From: a virus
Length of the DNA stretch: 64,000 nt
Reading direction: 5' to 3' (one strand)
IMG/VR virus record: IMGVR_UViG_3300040801_001593
Span: 1 to 64,000 of that record
In this document: one piece after another, positions 1-8,070 of the stretch
How the letters are laid out: the number at the start of each line of letters is the position of its first letter
Numbering within the stretch: the first letter of the stretch is position 1
Program-made: the position numbers and the translations under genes
The notes under the pieces: model-generated
Databases searched by the model: none
The model's input: only the letters and a program-made list of their open reading frames with translations
What the model was told of the DNA's origin: nothing

Positions 1-9
1 TGATTGACT

Positions 10-813
10 ATGCCAAAAATAATAAAAGAAAGGGATAGGGTTGTGAGCAAGAATACAATACCAGCAGGAAAAAATTCCTGCAATTCAAAATTAAAATCAA
101 GAGATGGCTATTGCCAAAGCCCAGGTGTTACCAACTTCCATAGGTGCCCTGCTCATGGAGGGAAACTCTCTGTTGCTGCTATGGACTTATTTAAAAGTGC
201 AGTAGGTATAGACCAAGCTGCAAAGCTTCAAACTCTGGTAGAGGATACTCTGTCTATGGATAATGAGTTAGCTTCTGGGAAGACTATGTTGCTTCAAGAG
301 TTGGAAGATTATCGCAGAGCCTCTCATGTCTTAGAAGAGTACCAAGGCAATGCTCCTTCAAGACCTCATCCAGATGCAACCATTGCAGAAATAGAATCTT
401 ACAACTCAGCAGTAAACCTCCATATAGAGATGATGAATATAGCAACCAAGACAAAAGAGCAATCCTTTAAAAGAGCGCACGCCTTGATTAGGACATTGAG
501 CACTGGCATCCATAGAAATAGTAGAATCAAGGAAGGTTCAAAATTTCAATTAGATGCCAAGCAAGTAGCTTCTCTATTGAAAGTTCAACTGGATGTAATG
601 AGAGTAAACTGTAAAGGTTGCCCATCTCTTAAGAAAGTAATCCAAGGTATTAAAGAAGGAGTGAACATCATTCCTATAGATGGTAGTATATCAGAGGCAA
701 ATAAGAAAGCAATGGGAGCTAAAGCATATGGTCAAGCTTTTGAAGCTGTTTCTAATGCTGCTGATGGAATGCCTGATGAGCCTATAGATGCTGATGCTGA
801 GATATTAGATTAA
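10..813 (+). CDS. hypothetical protein with Cys/His-rich N-terminal segment
   Basis: The ORF is bounded upstream by TGA at 1-3. ATG at 10, with TTG at 4 as an alternative start. The N-terminus reads C..C-x-S-K...C-x..C-P-A-H-G-G, which is metal-binding-like. A hairpin terminator follows. Confidence 0.6.
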   Translation: MPKIIKERDRVVSKNTIPAGKNSCNSKLKSRDGYCQSPGVTNFHRCPAHGGKLSVAAMDLFKSAVGIDQAAKLQTLVEDTLSMDNELASGKTMLLQELEDYRRASHVLEEYQGNAPSRPHPDATIAEIESYNSAVNLHIEMMNIATKTKEQSFKRAHALIRTLSTGIHRNSRIKEGSKFQLDAKQVASLLKVQLDVMRVNCKGCPSLKKVIQGIKEGVNIIPIDGSISEANKKAMGAKAYGQAFEAVSNAADGMPDEPIDADAEILD

Positions 814-824
814 ATTAAACAACT

Positions 825-846
825 GGCTTAAATTAAGCCCTTTTTC
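825..846 (+). terminator. rho-independent terminator candidate
   Basis: GGCTTAA-A-TTAAGCC palindrome followed by CTTTTTC, directly after the stop at 813. Confidence 0.5.
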
Positions 847-848
847 AG

Positions 849-879
849 GCTCTTTTATACTATATTAATATAAAAGAGC
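849..879. repeat. perfect 11-bp inverted repeat (GCTCTTTTATA / TATAAAAGAGC), 9-nt spacer
   Basis: Read directly from the sequence. It lies between the terminator and the RBS of the next gene, so it could be a second hairpin or an operator. Confidence 0.4.
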
Positions 880-902
880 TTTAACTATATTAGGAGGTAA
901 AT

Positions 903-1358
903 TTGCAAGGTTCTCAGCGTAAGGCAAACACTATATCCTTACTTAAAGAAGAAGGATTGTGGGATATGAATAATGTTGGTGATATTTTAAAGGCAAAGCC
1001 ATTAAGTGATGAGCTTCATAGCCACTTCATCAAGTTAGTAAACTTCAACGGCTATGAAGCCTCTAATGCTAAAGAACATGCTATACCATTTTGTTTAGAC
1101 CTTTGGTCAGATATGAAGCATACTTTTTCTGACAATTGTAGTTTAGATGAAGCAATGAGAATGTATGACTTCTATGATTTCACAATTGCATGGATTAAAG
1201 GTAGAGATTATGACCCTTATGAATCTTATGCTTTTAAACAATCCCAAAAGAAAGTAAAATCCATAGCTAACATAGTATATGGAGTGTTTTTAGCTATGGC
1301 AGGTTTAGGGATTGTAAGCCTTTGGTTAAATTTATTCTTTTCTATCACTTTTAAATAA
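903..1358 (+). CDS. hypothetical protein with C-terminal transmembrane segment
   Basis: TTG start 6 nt after TAGGAGGT. The C-terminus IANIVYGVFLAMAGLGIVSLWLNLFF is hydrophobic. Confidence 0.6.
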   Translation: MQGSQRKANTISLLKEEGLWDMNNVGDILKAKPLSDELHSHFIKLVNFNGYEASNAKEHAIPFCLDLWSDMKHTFSDNCSLDEAMRMYDFYDFTIAWIKGRDYDPYESYAFKQSQKKVKSIANIVYGVFLAMAGLGIVSLWLNLFFSITFK

Positions 1359-1397
1359 AGTATATTATAAGGGAATTAAAAAGATAAGGAATGAGGT

Positions 1398-1715
1398 ATG
1401 AAGTTAAGTGAATTGAAAAAAGATTTAGAAGAATTGGACAGACTGAAAGCTCTCATAGAGAATAAGGTTAAGAAGATTTATCAGAAGCATGGAGACTTAA
1501 CCATATCTTGTGTAGAGGAAATAATTAGAAGGAAAGGAGGAGACCATTCAGATGGCTTTTTAAAGACCAACTTAGTCATGGAGTTCAAAGATGGACAATC
1601 TTGGCAAGTTATCCCTAATTACATGAAAGATGGCCACTTGAATAATACTATATGGAGACACAATGGTATACACGCTTTTGATATTAAGAAAATAAATGGA
1701 AAATTACCTTTTTGA
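1398..1715 (+). CDS. hypothetical protein
   Basis: ATG preceded by GAGG. Same strand and packing as its neighbours. Confidence 0.65.
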   Translation: MKLSELKKDLEELDRLKALIENKVKKIYQKHGDLTISCVEEIIRRKGGDHSDGFLKTNLVMEFKDGQSWQVIPNYMKDGHLNNTIWRHNGIHAFDIKKINGKLPF

Positions 1716-1729
1716 TTTAAGGAGTATGA

Positions 1730-2416
1730 ATGAGTACTGTTAAGAAATTGACCCAAGAAGATTTAGACAAGATGACTTCCCAGCAAGTCTTATCAATATC
1801 ACTGGAACAGATTCCAGATGGGTTTGATATTGAGAGTGATGGAGGAGAGAATGCAAAGCTTATCCCTATAGATGGGTATGTTGAGAACGGTAGCTTTGAT
1901 GAGGAAGAGAAACCTGCTGAGACAGAGCCAGTAGAATCTCCTGAACCAATAGTGGATGAGAAACTGCTACCAGAAAAGAAAACCCCTTCAAGACCACCTG
2001 ATGAAAAGAATACAGGTATCCTCTTTATAAGAATGTTCTCTAAAGATGATGCAAATGGGAAAATTTTGACAAGACTTAAAGGTAAAGTCTATTTTCCAAA
2101 AGACCCAACTATCAAACCAGGTTGGTATGTGGCTTGTGTGATAGAAGAGTTTGAAAGACATGGTGTTATGGACACTGTGGCTCCAGAAGAAATTTCTCCT
2201 AACCTTTGGAACTCTAAATACATCAAGGGTATCCACATAAAGAGGAATTACAGAGATAATAGGATTGAGATTTATCCATCAGTCCCAAAAGAGAAGCTTG
2301 CTACTGAGCAACCTCCTTGTATCCATTCCATACCAGTATCTGATAAAGCTTCAGGCAATCAAATTCAGAACATCTTAGAACAGAAACAAGCAGAAGCTTT
2401 AAAGGATATTAAGTAA
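1730..2416 (+). CDS. hypothetical protein (acidic/Pro-rich linker in N-terminal half)
   Basis: AAGGAG lies 7 nt upstream of the ATG. 228-aa ORF. Confidence 0.7.
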   Translation: MSTVKKLTQEDLDKMTSQQVLSISLEQIPDGFDIESDGGENAKLIPIDGYVENGSFDEEEKPAETEPVESPEPIVDEKLLPEKKTPSRPPDEKNTGILFIRMFSKDDANGKILTRLKGKVYFPKDPTIKPGWYVACVIEEFERHGVMDTVAPEEISPNLWNSKYIKGIHIKRNYRDNRIEIYPSVPKEKLATEQPPCIHSIPVSDKASGNQIQNILEQKQAEALKDIK

Positions 2417-2417
2417 T

Positions 2418-2888
2418 ATGAATAAACCTCCAAAGATTACCAATGAGTTCATTAGAACCAGAAAAGAAGCTATAAAGAAAATGGAAAAGATCCAAGGCAT
2501 AGACCAAGAAGCCTTTATGCTTGTTACTCTTGACCCTGCATACCGGATTATAAAAGAGAGGGTTGTATCTTTGGGGGGATTTTACATAAACCATGTCCCT
2601 TTGGGGGTTCTCTTTCAAAGGATATTGGAGGATAAGGCAAGGTACTTCATAGTAGGGCATAACCACCCTAATGGAGTTGGGCTTCCTTCTATAGATGACA
2701 TTATGGTAATGTATAAGATTCTCTACATTTGTGAATGTATGGGAGTAGATTTGGTGGACTCTATAATATTCCCTTATGGAAAGAAACCTGTTTGTTTAAG
2801 AAGTAAATACCCTAATGTGTTTAATGAGGTCTTATCTGAGAAAGTTGATGAGGTATTTGATAATCTTGTTCCAAGGAAGTTGAAGTAA
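2418..2888 (+). CDS. radC: RadC-like JAB/MPN-domain protein
   Basis: Contains GHNHPNGVGLPSIDD, matching the RadC/JAMM signature HNHPSG-x3-PS-x2-D. The downstream GVDLVDSIIF resembles the conserved RadC C-terminal strand. Confidence 0.75.
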   Translation: MNKPPKITNEFIRTRKEAIKKMEKIQGIDQEAFMLVTLDPAYRIIKERVVSLGGFYINHVPLGVLFQRILEDKARYFIVGHNHPNGVGLPSIDDIMVMYKILYICECMGVDLVDSIIFPYGKKPVCLRSKYPNVFNEVLSEKVDEVFDNLVPRKLK

Positions 2889-2889
2889 T

Positions 2890-3099
2890 ATGTACTATTC
2901 TAATCTGAAATGGAAGAATGGGATTGTGACTACTGAATCTCATGGAGATGATTTAGAAGGAGCCAAAGAAACTGTTAACAATCTATTGCACAATCCAAAA
3001 GTTTTTAGTAAACCAGTTGCCGGATGGGTAACATTTGACAATAGAAAGGAGCAGAGATGCTGCAAAAACAATGGGCAGAGCAACAAGCCTACAAATTGA
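2890..3099 (+). CDS. hypothetical protein
   Basis: TAATATG coupling to the upstream gene. 69 aa. Overlaps the next ORF by 43 nt. Confidence 0.5.
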   Translation: MYYSNLKWKNGIVTTESHGDDLEGAKETVNNLLHNPKVFSKPVAGWVTFDNRKEQRCCKNNGQSNKPTN

Positions 3100-3518
3100 T
3101 TCAAATCACTAATAATAATGAGGGCAATACAGAAGGGCTTATCAAAGACTTCTCTAATGCTATCCTTGTTATTGGTGCTGAAGCTTGTATTGAGAATGAG
3201 AAGTACAAAGGTTGTAAGAACTTCTCTACCTATGTGATAAAAGAGTGGATTAATAAAAGTGATTTCTCATACAAGAAAGCTATTCCTGAAGAAATTACAA
3301 AGGCAATCAATACTGCTAAAGAACAAGGCTATGATGAAGAAGGTCTTGCCATAGCAGCAACAAACCTTCTTAAGGAAAGCTTGTTGACTTCTCTGCAAGA
3401 AGAGATTACCTCAGCATTTGGAGAAAAGGATTGGATGACAGATGTCCTATTAACCCATCTTAAAACTGTGGATTGGGTAACCCTATGTAAGGATTTAGTG
3501 GAAGCAACCTTGGCTTAA
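3057..3518 (+). CDS. hypothetical protein
   Basis: AAGGAG lies 5 nt upstream of the ATG. 153 aa. Confidence 0.65.
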   Translation: MLQKQWAEQQAYKLIQITNNNEGNTEGLIKDFSNAILVIGAEACIENEKYKGCKNFSTYVIKEWINKSDFSYKKAIPEEITKAINTAKEQGYDEEGLAIAATNLLKESLLTSLQEEITSAFGEKDWMTDVLLTHLKTVDWVTLCKDLVEATLA

Positions 3519-3560
3519 ATAAAGTAAATCATGGCTAATAAAAAGGTAGCGCTCATGAAA

Positions 3561-3587
3561 GTTTTATAGTATATTTATACTATAATT
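3561..3587 (+). promoter_or_regulatory. reiterated AT-rich promoter/operator element, copy A
   Basis: GTTTTATAGTATATTTATACTATAATT. It contains the inverted half-sites TATAGTAT/ATACTATA and a TATAAT at 3581-3586. It lies about 45 nt upstream of the ATG at 3632. Confidence 0.45.
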
Positions 3588-3631
3588 AAAAGAGGAAAGA
3601 TTTTTAATTCAAACTATTAAAGGAGACTGCT

Positions 3632-4249
3632 ATGGCAGCAAAAACTAAAAAATCAGCCCAACAAACTTCCAGCAAAAAGAAAGCTGAGGAAGTTGAAGAT
3701 GATGACCTTGATGACCTTCTTGATGATGCAGGGATTGAGGATGAAGAGGAAGTAGAGGAAGAGGATTCTGATGATGCTGACCTTGATGACCTTGATGATG
3801 AGGAAGAGGAAGAAGCCCCTGCTCCCAAAAAGAAAGCAACCAAAAAGACTGCTAAAAAGAAAGCAACCAAAAAGCCTGCTAAAAAGGCAGAGGTTGAAGA
3901 AGACCTTGACCTTGATGATGAGGAAGAGGAAGAAGCTCCTGCTCCCAAAAAGAAACCTGCTAAAAAGAAAGCAGAAAGCTCAGAGGGTAAAATAGAAGGG
4001 CTCAGCAAGGCAACTGAAGAGTCTGGCACTATTACCTTTAATGAAGGTTCTGGTTCACAAGGTATTCTTATCCTTATCTCTAAGCTTGGCTATGATAGAG
4101 AGAAGGTTCTGAAAGCAGCAACTTCTACAGCTCCTAAGTTCAAGAAGTTTAATGAGAAATATTTCTCAAAATGTGACCCTGCTAAGAAGTATGGTAAAAT
4201 CTCTGGTATCATTAAGAAACTGGAAGATGCAGGATACAAACTGCCATAA
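3632..4249 (+). CDS. acidic/lysine-rich low-complexity protein with globular C-terminal domain
   Basis: AAGGAG RBS. Poly-D/E blocks alternate with APAPKKK(A/P)xKKxAKK blocks, and an internal DNA direct repeat occurs at about 3788-3832 and 3908-3953. Confidence 0.75.
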   Translation: MAAKTKKSAQQTSSKKKAEEVEDDDLDDLLDDAGIEDEEEVEEEDSDDADLDDLDDEEEEEAPAPKKKATKKTAKKKATKKPAKKAEVEEDLDLDDEEEEEAPAPKKKPAKKKAESSEGKIEGLSKATEESGTITFNEGSGSQGILILISKLGYDREKVLKAATSTAPKFKKFNEKYFSKCDPAKKYGKISGIIKKLEDAGYKLP

Positions 4250-4265
4250 ATTCCCGTTCTATAGA

Positions 4266-4316
4266 AGCAAGAGAGGTGAGCCTTTGAATCCTTGGTTCCC
4301 TCTTCTTGCTTTTTAT
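4266..4316 (+). terminator. rho-independent terminator candidate
   Basis: Imperfect stem AGCAAGAGAGG ... CCCTCTTCTTGCT followed by TTTTT, after the stop at 4249. Confidence 0.5.
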
Positions 4317-4347
4317 ACACTGTCTTATAAACCATTAGCTAACTATT

Positions 4348-4375
4348 AAATTTTATATTATATTTATAGTATAAG
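4348..4375 (+). promoter_or_regulatory. reiterated AT-rich promoter/operator element, copy B
   Basis: AAATTTTATATTATATTTATAGTATAAG. It shares TAGTATAAGATTAATTTA with copy C. Confidence 0.45.
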
Positions 4376-4412
4376 ATTAATTTAATAACTTAATAAGAAA
4401 GGGAGAGAACCC

Positions 4413-4826
4413 ATGAATAAAATGGTCATCTTCTATAAGGAAAACTCTGGTTCAATAATTGCAGAGTTTAGTCCATCCCCAGATAAGTTTCAAATCTCAG
4501 AGCTTCAAAAAGAGATTAAGATTGACTATCCTGATGAACCTATTTCTAAAATAACTGTAAAAGAGAATGCTAAAGAGGAGTGGGTATTTGAATGTACTGA
4601 GCCCATACAAATATTTGTAGCAATTAATTGGGTTGTGAGCCACACTCAATATGTCATAGTATCAGAACCTGATAGAGATTATGTGCCTCAGATACTTGAT
4701 ACATTCTCTGCAAATATCTTAAAACAAGTTTGGAAAAATATTAAGTCAGAAAAGGCTAAAGAAAAGGCTTTGGCTATGGGCTTGCTAAGATTCCAACATA
4801 TAGCCTTTGGAGTATTAAGGAGTTAA
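4413..4826 (+). CDS. hypothetical protein
   Basis: GGGAGAG RBS. 137 aa. Confidence 0.65.
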   Translation: MNKMVIFYKENSGSIIAEFSPSPDKFQISELQKEIKIDYPDEPISKITVKENAKEEWVFECTEPIQIFVAINWVVSHTQYVIVSEPDRDYVPQILDTFSANILKQVWKNIKSEKAKEKALAMGLLRFQHIAFGVLRS

Positions 4827-4827
4827 A

Positions 4828-4989
4828 ATGTCTGTACCAGAAAGATGCTTGTATTGCAACAAGAATGCCTTCACCTATTTCCATACTGATAAAGATGGAA
4901 CTGAACATTATCATTGTAGAAATTGTGGCTTGGATAATTTAAGCCCAAATACTAAACCAAAAGAAAAGGAAGAGAAAGATGCCAATTGA
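4828..4989 (+). CDS. small zinc-ribbon protein (53 aa, below ORF-track cutoff)
   Basis: My own translation is MSVPERCLYCNKNAFTYFHTDKDGTEHYHCRNCGLDNLSPNTKPKEKEEKDAN. It has CxxC...CxxC. The ATG lies 2 nt after the previous stop, and the ORF overlaps the ligase start by 11 nt. Confidence 0.55.
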   Translation: MSVPERCLYCNKNAFTYFHTDKDGTEHYHCRNCGLDNLSPNTKPKEKEEKDAN

Positions 4990-5986
4990 TTGTAACCTAT
5001 GGCCAATGAACATTCTCACTAAGCCAGTAGGAGAGAAAGACAGGAAGCTTATCATCCACCCTAAAGATGCAGTTTTGAGAAGTGGTATGGTAAGAAGTGC
5101 TAATGGGGATATAGAGATTGTAGACCCAAAAGCAGTAAAGATTAAAAGCGGTCTCTATTGCATAGAGAGAAAAGAGCAAGGTCATAGACATTTCCTTGTC
5201 AGAGAGCAGGGTAAACCTCCTGCTGTCTATGGTAGAAGGTTGAATGTTGAAAAGACTTATACCAACATCTACCCTAAATTGGAAAAATCTGTTGTGGCGA
5301 AAATATGGTATATGATGCCTGAGAATACTGTTTTTGACTTTGAGCTATGTTGGCCAGGTCATCCTGATTCAGAAGTAACAACGGCAATCAAAGAATGCCC
5401 TGAAGACCTCCATCCATACATCTTCTCAGTTCCTATCCTTGAAGGTAAACCCATGATGGGTTCTGACTCTATGGGATGGTTTGAAGGTAGAAGATGGTTG
5501 CAAGATTTTGTTGGTAAGGAATATATGACAAAAGGATTCAAACCTATAGAGCTTGGTGCAGATACTAAGGAATCAATAAAAACATTAGAAGCTCTACTCA
5601 ACATAGCAGATGGTAAGGGCTGGGAAGGTTTTGTCCTTAAAGGTATGTTCTGTGATGACTGGTGGAAGCTTAAAGGTATCAATGAAGCTGATGTGTTTGT
5701 TACCGGATTTAAAATCAGTACAGCAGAAACCAGAAAAGGATTGCCAACAGGAGTTAAGATAGCTGTTCTGGATGAAGATGAAAAGGTAGTGGATATGGGT
5801 AATGTTGCTGGGTTTAGTTTAGAGCTTATGAATGACATGAAGAATAATCCAGAGAAGTATCTTAATAAAGTGATGAGAGTTGTATACCAAGAGATTGCCG
5901 GAAAGGGAAAGATGAAGCATGGCTTCTTCAATTGTTGGAGAGATGATAAAAATTGGCAATCCTGTTCTATTAATCAATTCCAATAG
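4979..5986 (+). CDS. ATP-dependent DNA ligase (minimal T7/Chlorella-virus type)
   Basis: Nucleotidyltransferase motifs in the correct order: I ERKEQGHR (KxxGxR), III VFDFELCW, IV WEGFVLKG, V DWWKLKG, VI-like MKHGFFNCWRDDK. Confidence 0.8.
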   Translation: MPIDCNLWPMNILTKPVGEKDRKLIIHPKDAVLRSGMVRSANGDIEIVDPKAVKIKSGLYCIERKEQGHRHFLVREQGKPPAVYGRRLNVEKTYTNIYPKLEKSVVAKIWYMMPENTVFDFELCWPGHPDSEVTTAIKECPEDLHPYIFSVPILEGKPMMGSDSMGWFEGRRWLQDFVGKEYMTKGFKPIELGADTKESIKTLEALLNIADGKGWEGFVLKGMFCDDWWKLKGINEADVFVTGFKISTAETRKGLPTGVKIAVLDEDEKVVDMGNVAGFSLELMNDMKNNPEKYLNKVMRVVYQEIAGKGKMKHGFFNCWRDDKNWQSCSINQFQ

Positions 5987-5994
5987 GAGATGTT

Positions 5995-6618
5995 GTGGAA
6001 AGATGGGAAACTATCAAGAGTAATTGGCAGAATGGTAAGAGCATAGCATCAAAGCCTTGGGAAGAAGCAAACCCAAGGCTTTATAATATGATTAAGATGT
6101 GCAAGGTGCATTATTTATTGTTTCAGGATAATTACCGCCACTGGATAGAGAAGTCTAAACAATCTGGTACTCACATCTGTAGGTGCTGTAGGGGAAATAT
6201 ACCACCTCTTAATTGGCTTGGTAAGATTATGATTCCTCACCAAGCTCCTTTAAAAGATAGAGGGTTGGCTGTTGTTGATTATAAAGCACCTGTTTGCTTG
6301 AAGTGCCTCATTGAGCTTAAGAAAGAGCCTGTTCTTGAAACACCAGTTGGTTCTACTTTGACTGTAAGGAAAGAACTAATTAGAGAGCCAATTCAGAAAT
6401 GTGATATTAATAATAAACTCTTATGGTTTATACAAGAGAATAAAATGGTCAACTTTGAAAGACAAGTTAGAAAGGATTTGAAAAATGAGCTATGCAAACA
6501 TAAGTCACCCAACAAGGTTGACAATAAGCAATCTGACTGTAACAGAGGGGCTAAGAAGCTCAATAAAAAACAGATTGAGAGGATTTCCAAAACTTTGCGC
6601 AAAAGACGTTTTCTATGA
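5995..6618 (+). CDS. hypothetical Cys-rich (zinc-finger-like) protein
   Basis: GTG start 4 nt after AGGAGA. Contains HICRCCRGN ... CLKC. The 3' end overlaps the next gene by 134 nt. Confidence 0.55.
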   Translation: MERWETIKSNWQNGKSIASKPWEEANPRLYNMIKMCKVHYLLFQDNYRHWIEKSKQSGTHICRCCRGNIPPLNWLGKIMIPHQAPLKDRGLAVVDYKAPVCLKCLIELKKEPVLETPVGSTLTVRKELIREPIQKCDINNKLLWFIQENKMVNFERQVRKDLKNELCKHKSPNKVDNKQSDCNRGAKKLNKKQIERISKTLRKRRFL

Positions 6619-7129
6619 GTTGTGTTTTGCCATATGTAGCCCTCAGATAAAGTTTGAAACTAATAAGTATGCAAACTGGAAGCTAAGAGAGTTTGATTTT
6701 TTCTCTAAGGGTTTGACCCTAAACCAGTTGATAGAAATACTTAAAAGCTCAGGTATGAGATTCCACTCTAACAAAGCAAAGCAACTTTTCTTAGCAAGAT
6801 TAGATTTTGCTGAAATATATGACGCGGTAAAGTGTAGCACTTGCTCTGATATCAAAAAGAGAGAATGCTTGGTAAGGAATGTAAAGGGATTAGGGATGAA
6901 GACATCTTCCCACTTTCTAAGGAATATTGGAGATACTGACAACTTAGCAATCATAGATACCCACATAGCCAAGTTTCTGAAATCAGATTTGCCAAAGAAT
7001 AAGAAACAGTATATTGCTATGGAAACAGAGTTTCGTCAATTTGCTGTTAGAAACTTATTGACTGTTAGAGAGTTAGATGCTTTCATATGGGCTTACTATT
7101 CTAATAATGGCTTAGAATACGTAAGGTGA
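6485..7129 (+). CDS. ogg: 8-oxoguanine DNA glycosylase/AP lyase, Ogg2 (archaeal-type HhH-GPD) family
   Basis: FYELCFAICSPQ and VRNVKGLGMKTSSHFLRNIG...AIIDTHI match my recollection of the Ogg2 pattern (FxELxFCILTAN; G-x-G-x-K-x-ASHFLRN-x-G ... AIIDRHI). The catalytic Lys and Asp positions are present. The start is uncertain (6485 or downstream). Confidence 0.75.
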   Translation: MSYANISHPTRLTISNLTVTEGLRSSIKNRLRGFPKLCAKDVFYELCFAICSPQIKFETNKYANWKLREFDFFSKGLTLNQLIEILKSSGMRFHSNKAKQLFLARLDFAEIYDAVKCSTCSDIKKRECLVRNVKGLGMKTSSHFLRNIGDTDNLAIIDTHIAKFLKSDLPKNKKQYIAMETEFRQFAVRNLLTVRELDAFIWAYYSNNGLEYVR

Positions 7130-7169
7130 CAGCTATTCCCTTTAGTATATTAAAAATAAAGGAAGAGGG

Positions 7170-7265
7170 ATGAAACTGTTTTGGATACTTTTAGCTTTGG
7201 TTGTATCCACTATCATTTATAACTTAATAGTTATAGTAATATCTTTTAAAGGACTGTTTTTGTGA
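7170..7265 (+). CDS. small hydrophobic peptide (31 aa)
   Basis: GGAAGAGGG RBS. MKLFWILLALVVSTIIYNLIVIVISFKGLFL is a single transmembrane helix. Its stop overlaps the GTG start of the next gene. Confidence 0.45.
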   Translation: MKLFWILLALVVSTIIYNLIVIVISFKGLFL

Positions 7266-7954
7266 AAAGAGTGATGATAACTAAACCAATACCAAACAAG
7301 GCTTATGTTGAGGTTGGTGGAATATATAGAGTAATCAAAAGGCAAGGTTCATTATGGGTAAGGTCTTTGAACCGTCAATTGGTTATGATTAAAAAAGGAG
7401 AATTTGTATATGTTGAAGGAGGAAAGATGAAATTATCAGAGTTGGCAAGGTGCATTAAATATTTAGAGGTTCTTCACTTAAAGATGCTTCTGCCAGATTT
7501 TAAAAGTAGAAGCAAAGCAAGCCCTCCAATAGAAAGTTTTCTTGTTAATGAATTTCCATTTGGCTCTGCTTTCTGCTATGTGTTCAGAGGTAAGTGGACA
7601 AAGAAAAAGATTGATGGGTGTAGAACTTGCTTCTGTCCAAGGAAGCCTTTTGAACAGGATGACTGGAAAAGAGTTAGGAAGCCAAAAGATAAAAATAAGA
7701 GTATGCCTGAAGCAGAACACATATCTTGTAGAGTTCTTGCTACTGGTAAGATGAGAAGCATCAAAGACAGAATACAGGAAGTAGAAGAGATGTCCATAGA
7801 GACTATAATGAAATACATTAAAAAAGTCAAGTTAAGTAGAGAACAGCTCAGGCAACTCTCCCTACTCTGGCATTTTCATGTTTGGCAGCAATTAACTGTC
7901 AGCCATATTGATTCTAATAACCCGAATGAGTTTAAAAAGGGTTACCAACGCTAA
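7262..7954 (+). CDS. hypothetical basic protein
   Basis: GTG start. 230-aa ORF. The internal antisense and alternate-frame ORFs are judged spurious. Confidence 0.6.
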   Translation: MKRVMITKPIPNKAYVEVGGIYRVIKRQGSLWVRSLNRQLVMIKKGEFVYVEGGKMKLSELARCIKYLEVLHLKMLLPDFKSRSKASPPIESFLVNEFPFGSAFCYVFRGKWTKKKIDGCRTCFCPRKPFEQDDWKRVRKPKDKNKSMPEAEHISCRVLATGKMRSIKDRIQEVEEMSIETIMKYIKKVKLSREQLRQLSLLWHFHVWQQLTVSHIDSNNPNEFKKGYQR

Positions 7955-8070
7955 AATCCTTTTATTAACATGTGAATAAGGGTATATTTTATATAAATAA
8001 GGGGTTTTTATAGCCTAAAACTTTTCAAGGCTTAAAATAGCCTTAAAACGCTTTTAAAAGGATGGCTTAA

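Noticed and set aside
3604-4029. Antisense Ser-rich 141-aa ORF, plus alternate-frame ORFs 3645..3839 and 3771..3995
   Set aside because: These are mirror or shifted translations of the GAA/GAT/AAG low-complexity coding repeat of gene 3632..4249. They have no RBS.
5359-5931. 190-aa antisense ORF inside the ligase gene. Similar antisense ORFs lie inside the terminase, portal, glycosyltransferase, tape measure and giant tail genes.
   Set aside because: Each is fully embedded opposite a gene with strong motif or synteny support, and all have Ser/Leu/Ile-rich shadow composition.
6485-6618. Fusion of the zinc-finger ORF and the Ogg2 gene by programmed frameshifting
   Set aside because: The shift required would be +1, and no recognisable +1 signal is present. 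The Ogg2 homology starts downstream of an in-frame ATG, so independent initiation is the simpler explanation. A sequencing error in the A-run cannot be excluded.
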